A DNA stretch of 63,092 nucleotides, the filler included, from Aduncisulcus paluster (lineage: Eukaryota): the NCBI GenBank assembly GCA_024181965.1. It is 5 parts of 5 records of this genome, joined end to end, with 100 filler letters (N's around TTAATTAATTAA, not from the genome) between each part and the next. Parts side by side here need not be neighbours in the genome. Positions count along the whole stretch, not along the records: positions 32,137 to 63,092 come from BQXS01011316.1; 4 more parts are not named here. One strand, given 5' to 3'. The position numbers were made by a program, and so were the translations under genes. The notes under the pieces were generated by a model. The model saw only the letters and a program-made list of their open reading frames with translations, was not told where the DNA came from and did no database searches. Below, one piece after another: positions 60,132 to 63,092 of this stretch. Every line of letters starts with the position of its first letter. The stretch's first letter is position 1.

Positions 60132-63092
60132 ATGAGTTCATCCACTGGCTTTATTCAAACTGTGGAACCTGAGTTTGTGCATGAAGGACTGTGTTTTTGC
60201 TGTCCAATTCCTGGAGATTCCCCCAATATTAAGATCCCAAAGTATGAATCGTTGAAAGCTAAGGACCAAACCAAGAAAATACTGTTTGTGAAAAAAAAAG
60301 AGTACTATCAGAGTTCTAATGCACAAGAGATGATGAAAGGAGAGGGTAATTATGGACAATTTACCCATATCTCCATTGCTTTCTGTTCATCTTCCCCAAT
60401 GAAAGGGGCCTATATCTGTCTTTTTGTTTCTACTTATTCTTCGCCTCCATCACACCTTATCTTCACTCTTACATCTTCAAAGGGTGATAAAACATCCAAG
60501 AAATACGAATTTCATGAAATTAAAGATGGTGGTTGGTATTTCCTTCCTGTTGATCTCCCTGATGTTGTTCTGTGCGAGATTACAGGGAAAGGAAGAGAGG
60601 AAGAGTATTTTAATATCCGATCCCTTGTTTTCATTAGAGAAGAAACTCTTGAAGAAATCGCAGCTCGTGAAGCCAGAGAGAAACTATGGTCTGAAGCTCC
60701 AGTTGTGAAACCAAAGTTTGTTAAGGAAGGAGATAGAGAATCTGAAGGTAGAGAATCTATTCCCATTCCACATGATGATCCAAAGCTTGTAGATCCTTCA
60801 TTCTCAATGGTTAAGTGCAAGAATGATGGGTTTTGTAAGGAATCTTGGGATTTTGATCAGAGTTCAGAAGCACAAAAAATGTTAAAAGGGGAAGGTGGTG
60901 TTGTTTCCTTTTACTTATCCCATCTTTCCATCCCTTTCCCATCACCTAGTCCAATGAAAGGTGCTTATATATGTGTTCATAAGAATTGTAGTTCACCCTC
61001 TCTTCTCTTCACTTTTACTGATCGTGATGGCAAGAAGACATTCAAGAAGTATGAATTCACAAGACCTAAACATTTATATGAATGGCACTTCCTTCCTATT
61101 GATTTGGATAATGTCGTATTGTGTGAGATTGAAGGGAAAGGAAGGTGGCATATGAAGAATAGTCGAAGTTTCATTATTAACTCCCTTGTTTTCCTTCGAG
61201 GTGATGACATTCCCATTGCCCCCAAATTAACAAGGTGGCTGAAATGTGCTGGGTTTTCCTCAGACAAGGATTCTTTGTCCAAGTCAACAAGTTCACAACA
61301 ATCTTTTGATACTATCAAAATGTATAGTATACAAATCCTTATTCCCTCGTTTATTCATGAAGGAGCTTGGTATTGCAGTCCAATTCCTCGAGATGCTCCC
61401 AACATCAAAAATCCAGAGTTTTCAACCATCAAAGCACATTCTACGAAGGCTAATCAAAGCCGTTATGCACAAGCTATGATGAAAGGAGAGGTAAATGATA
61501 TACCCTTCAGTGAGATCTCCCTCCCTTTTGCTCCTACTCCTTTGAAAGGGGCCTATGTCTGTCTAAATCGTGATGATTTGCCTATGAATTGTCTTATCTT
61601 CATTTTTACATCTTCTAAGAGAAAAAAAATGTCTAAAAAATATGATTTTGAAAGGAAATGTGATGGTTATGGTTGGTATTTCCTTCCAATCGATCTCTCC
61701 GATGTTGTTCTGTGCGAGATAGTTGGAAGCTCAGAGAAAAGTGCGAATTTTAAAATTAAAGCCCTATTTNNNNNNNNNNNNNNNNNNNNCTGTCTAAATC
61801 GTGATGATTTGCCTATGAATTGTCTTATCTTCATTTTTACATCTTCTAAGAGAAAAAAAATGTCTAAAAAATATGATTTTGAAAGGAAATGTGATGGTTA
61901 TGGTTGGTATTTCCTTCCAATCGATCTCTCCGATGTTGTTCTGTGCGAGATAGTTGGAAGCTCAGAGAAAAGTGCGAATTTTAAAATTAAAGCCCTATTT
62001 TTCATCCGTGAAGCAAGCTCTGTGGAATTATCAAAATTTTCGCACCTATGGCTTACAACTTTACCTACTAAATCAGAGTTTATTAAAGAAGGAGGAATAT
62101 TTTCTTGTCCTATTTCACGTGATCATTCATCAATATTACGGCCTTCATTTTCTAAAGTGATGGGAAAGGATGACTCATATTGCAAGGAATCTACAAGGTA
62201 TGATCAAAGTTCAGATGCAAAGAAAATGGTGAATTTGGGAGGGAGTGTAGCATTATCCCATCTTTCTATCCCTTTTATATCACCTTCCTCTATGAAAGGT
62301 GCCTATATCTGCATTGGTAAAGATTATGGTCCCCTCTCTCTTCTATTCACTTTCACTCATTCTGATGGTAAAACGCTGATCAAAACAAAGAAGACATCCA
62401 AAAAGTATGAATTCTTAGAACCTAGAAAGCTATTTGAATGGCATTTTCTCCCTATTGATTTAGATAACGTTGTTTTATGTGAGATTGAAGGGAAAGGAAC
62501 ATGGATTGAGAAAAATAGTCGATCTTTTTCCATATACTCTCTTGTTTTTATTCGTGGTGAAGCAAAGGGTACCAAATTACCATCAAAATTACTAAAATGT
62601 GCTGGGTTTTCCTCAGACAATCCAAAAGATTCTTTGTCCAAGTCAACAAGTTCACGGCAACAAAATCCTACCACTCGAACCACGTTGCCAGTTCTCATCA
62701 ATAAGGGCGGGTATGATTGTATTCCTATTCCTCGAGATGCCCCAATAATCGTAGAGCCACAATTTTCGAATATTCAGTCAAGAAATGAAACACAAAGCAT
62801 AAAAAGTGCTGAATATGATCAGAGTTTTAATGCTAAAAAGATGATGAAAGGAGAGGGTAATTCTGGATTTTCCACACATATCTGCATTCCTTTCTCCTCA
62901 TCTAGCTCTATGAAAGGAGCGTATATGTGTCTCTCGAGTTATGAAACACCTCCTTCCTATCTTTCTTTAATCTTTACAACATCAAAGAGGAGCAGAATAA
63001 CCAAAAAATACGAATTTCCTCATTTTGAAGGAATGCATTGGTATTTCCTTCCGGTTGACCTTTCTGATATTATTAAATGTGAAATCGAAGGA
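60132..63092 (+). CDS. Paralogue of the 8453 gene with at least five tandem DOC/APC10-like domains; runs off the window end
   Basis: Manual translation from ATG 60132 gives MSSSTGFIQTVEPEFVHEG...SPMKGAYIC...WYFLPVDLPDVVLCEITGKG. The frame is kept across the gap 61770-61789. It is absent from the ORF track, consistent with no stop in the window. Confidence 0.85.
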   Translation, partial: MSSSTGFIQTVEPEFVHEGLCFCCPIPGDSPNIKIPKYESLKAKDQTKKILFVKKKEYYQSSNAQEMMKGEGNYGQFTHISIAFCSSSPMKGAYICLFVSTYSSPPSHLIFTLTSSKGDKTSKKYEFHEIKDGGWYFLPVDLPDVVLCEITGKGREEEYFNIRSLVFIREETLEEIAAREAREKLWSEAPVVKPKFVKEGDRESEGRESIPIPHDDPKLVDPSFSMVKCKNDGFCKESWDFDQSSEAQKMLKGEGGVVSFYLSHLSIPFPSPSPMKGAYICVHKNCSSPSLLFTFTDRDGKKTFKKYEFTRPKHLYEWHFLPIDLDNVVLCEIEGKGRWHMKNSRSFIINSLVFLRGDDIPIAPKLTRWLKCAGFSSDKDSLSKSTSSQQSFDTIKMYSIQILIPSFIHEGAWYCSPIPRDAPNIKNPEFSTIKAHSTKANQSRYAQAMMKGEVNDIPFSEISLPFAPTPLKGAYVCLNRDDLPMNCLIFIFTSSKRKKMSKKYDFERKCDGYGWYFLPIDLSDVVLCEIVGSSEKSANFKIKALFXXXXXXXCLNRDDLPMNCLIFIFTSSKRKKMSKKYDFERKCDGYGWYFLPIDLSDVVLCEIVGSSEKSANFKIKALFFIREASSVELSKFSHLWLTTLPTKSEFIKEGGIFSCPISRDHSSILRPSFSKVMGKDDSYCKESTRYDQSSDAKKMVNLGGSVALSHLSIPFISPSSMKGAYICIGKDYGPLSLLFTFTHSDGKTLIKTKKTSKKYEFLEPRKLFEWHFLPIDLDNVVLCEIEGKGTWIEKNSRSFSIYSLVFIRGEAKGTKLPSKLLKCAGFSSDNPKDSLSKSTSSRQQNPTTRTTLPVLINKGGYDCIPIPRDAPIIVEPQFSNIQSRNETQSIKSAEYDQSFNAKKMMKGEGNSGFSTHICIPFSSSSSMKGAYMCLSSYETPPSYLSLIFTTSKRSRITKKYEFPHFEGMHWYFLPVDLSDIIKCEIEG
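61559..62000 (+). repeat. Duplicated flanks around the 20-N gap 61770-61789
   Basis: 61559-61769 is repeated from 61790. Confidence 0.9.

Noticed and set aside
1-63092. CRISPR arrays, rRNA, tRNA or snRNA genes
   Set aside because: None recognised by eye. Divergent small RNAs cannot be excluded without a covariance-model search.

Overview
This is gene-dense, AT-rich eukaryotic protist DNA with short intergenic spacers and a few short GT-AG introns. It is not one continuous locus. Four artificial 100-nt linkers (N44-TTAATTAATTAA-N44 at 10148, 14883, 28479 and 32037) join five separate contigs, and three 20-N gaps have duplicated flanks, so adjacency across these points carries no meaning. The gene families recall a Carpediemonas-like fornicate such as Aduncisulcus; this is from memory and unverified. 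Recognisable genes are an NDR/Dbf2-type kinase, a bromodomain/AT-hook protein, MRE11, a CFAP141-like protein, a Rab, a USP-DUSP protein, a degenerate kinesin-14, a SET methyltransferase, a TPR protein, an M6PR/ATG27-like receptor, a GIFG-repeat nucleoporin-like protein, PRP5/DDX46, and two large LRR/Cys-rich surface proteins. The most notable observations are: (1) two copies of a gene cassette made of a conserved ~600-nt upstream region plus tandem ~170-aa jelly-roll-like domains whose differences are concentrated at specific codons, fused in one copy to a protein kinase, a candidate diversified intracellular sensor-kinase family; (2) a Fanzor/TnpB C-terminal remnant followed by two stem-loops where an omegaRNA would lie; (3) an LRR protein with near-identical constant modules between divergent LRR blocks; (4) a fragment of an RLE-type non-LTR retrotransposon.
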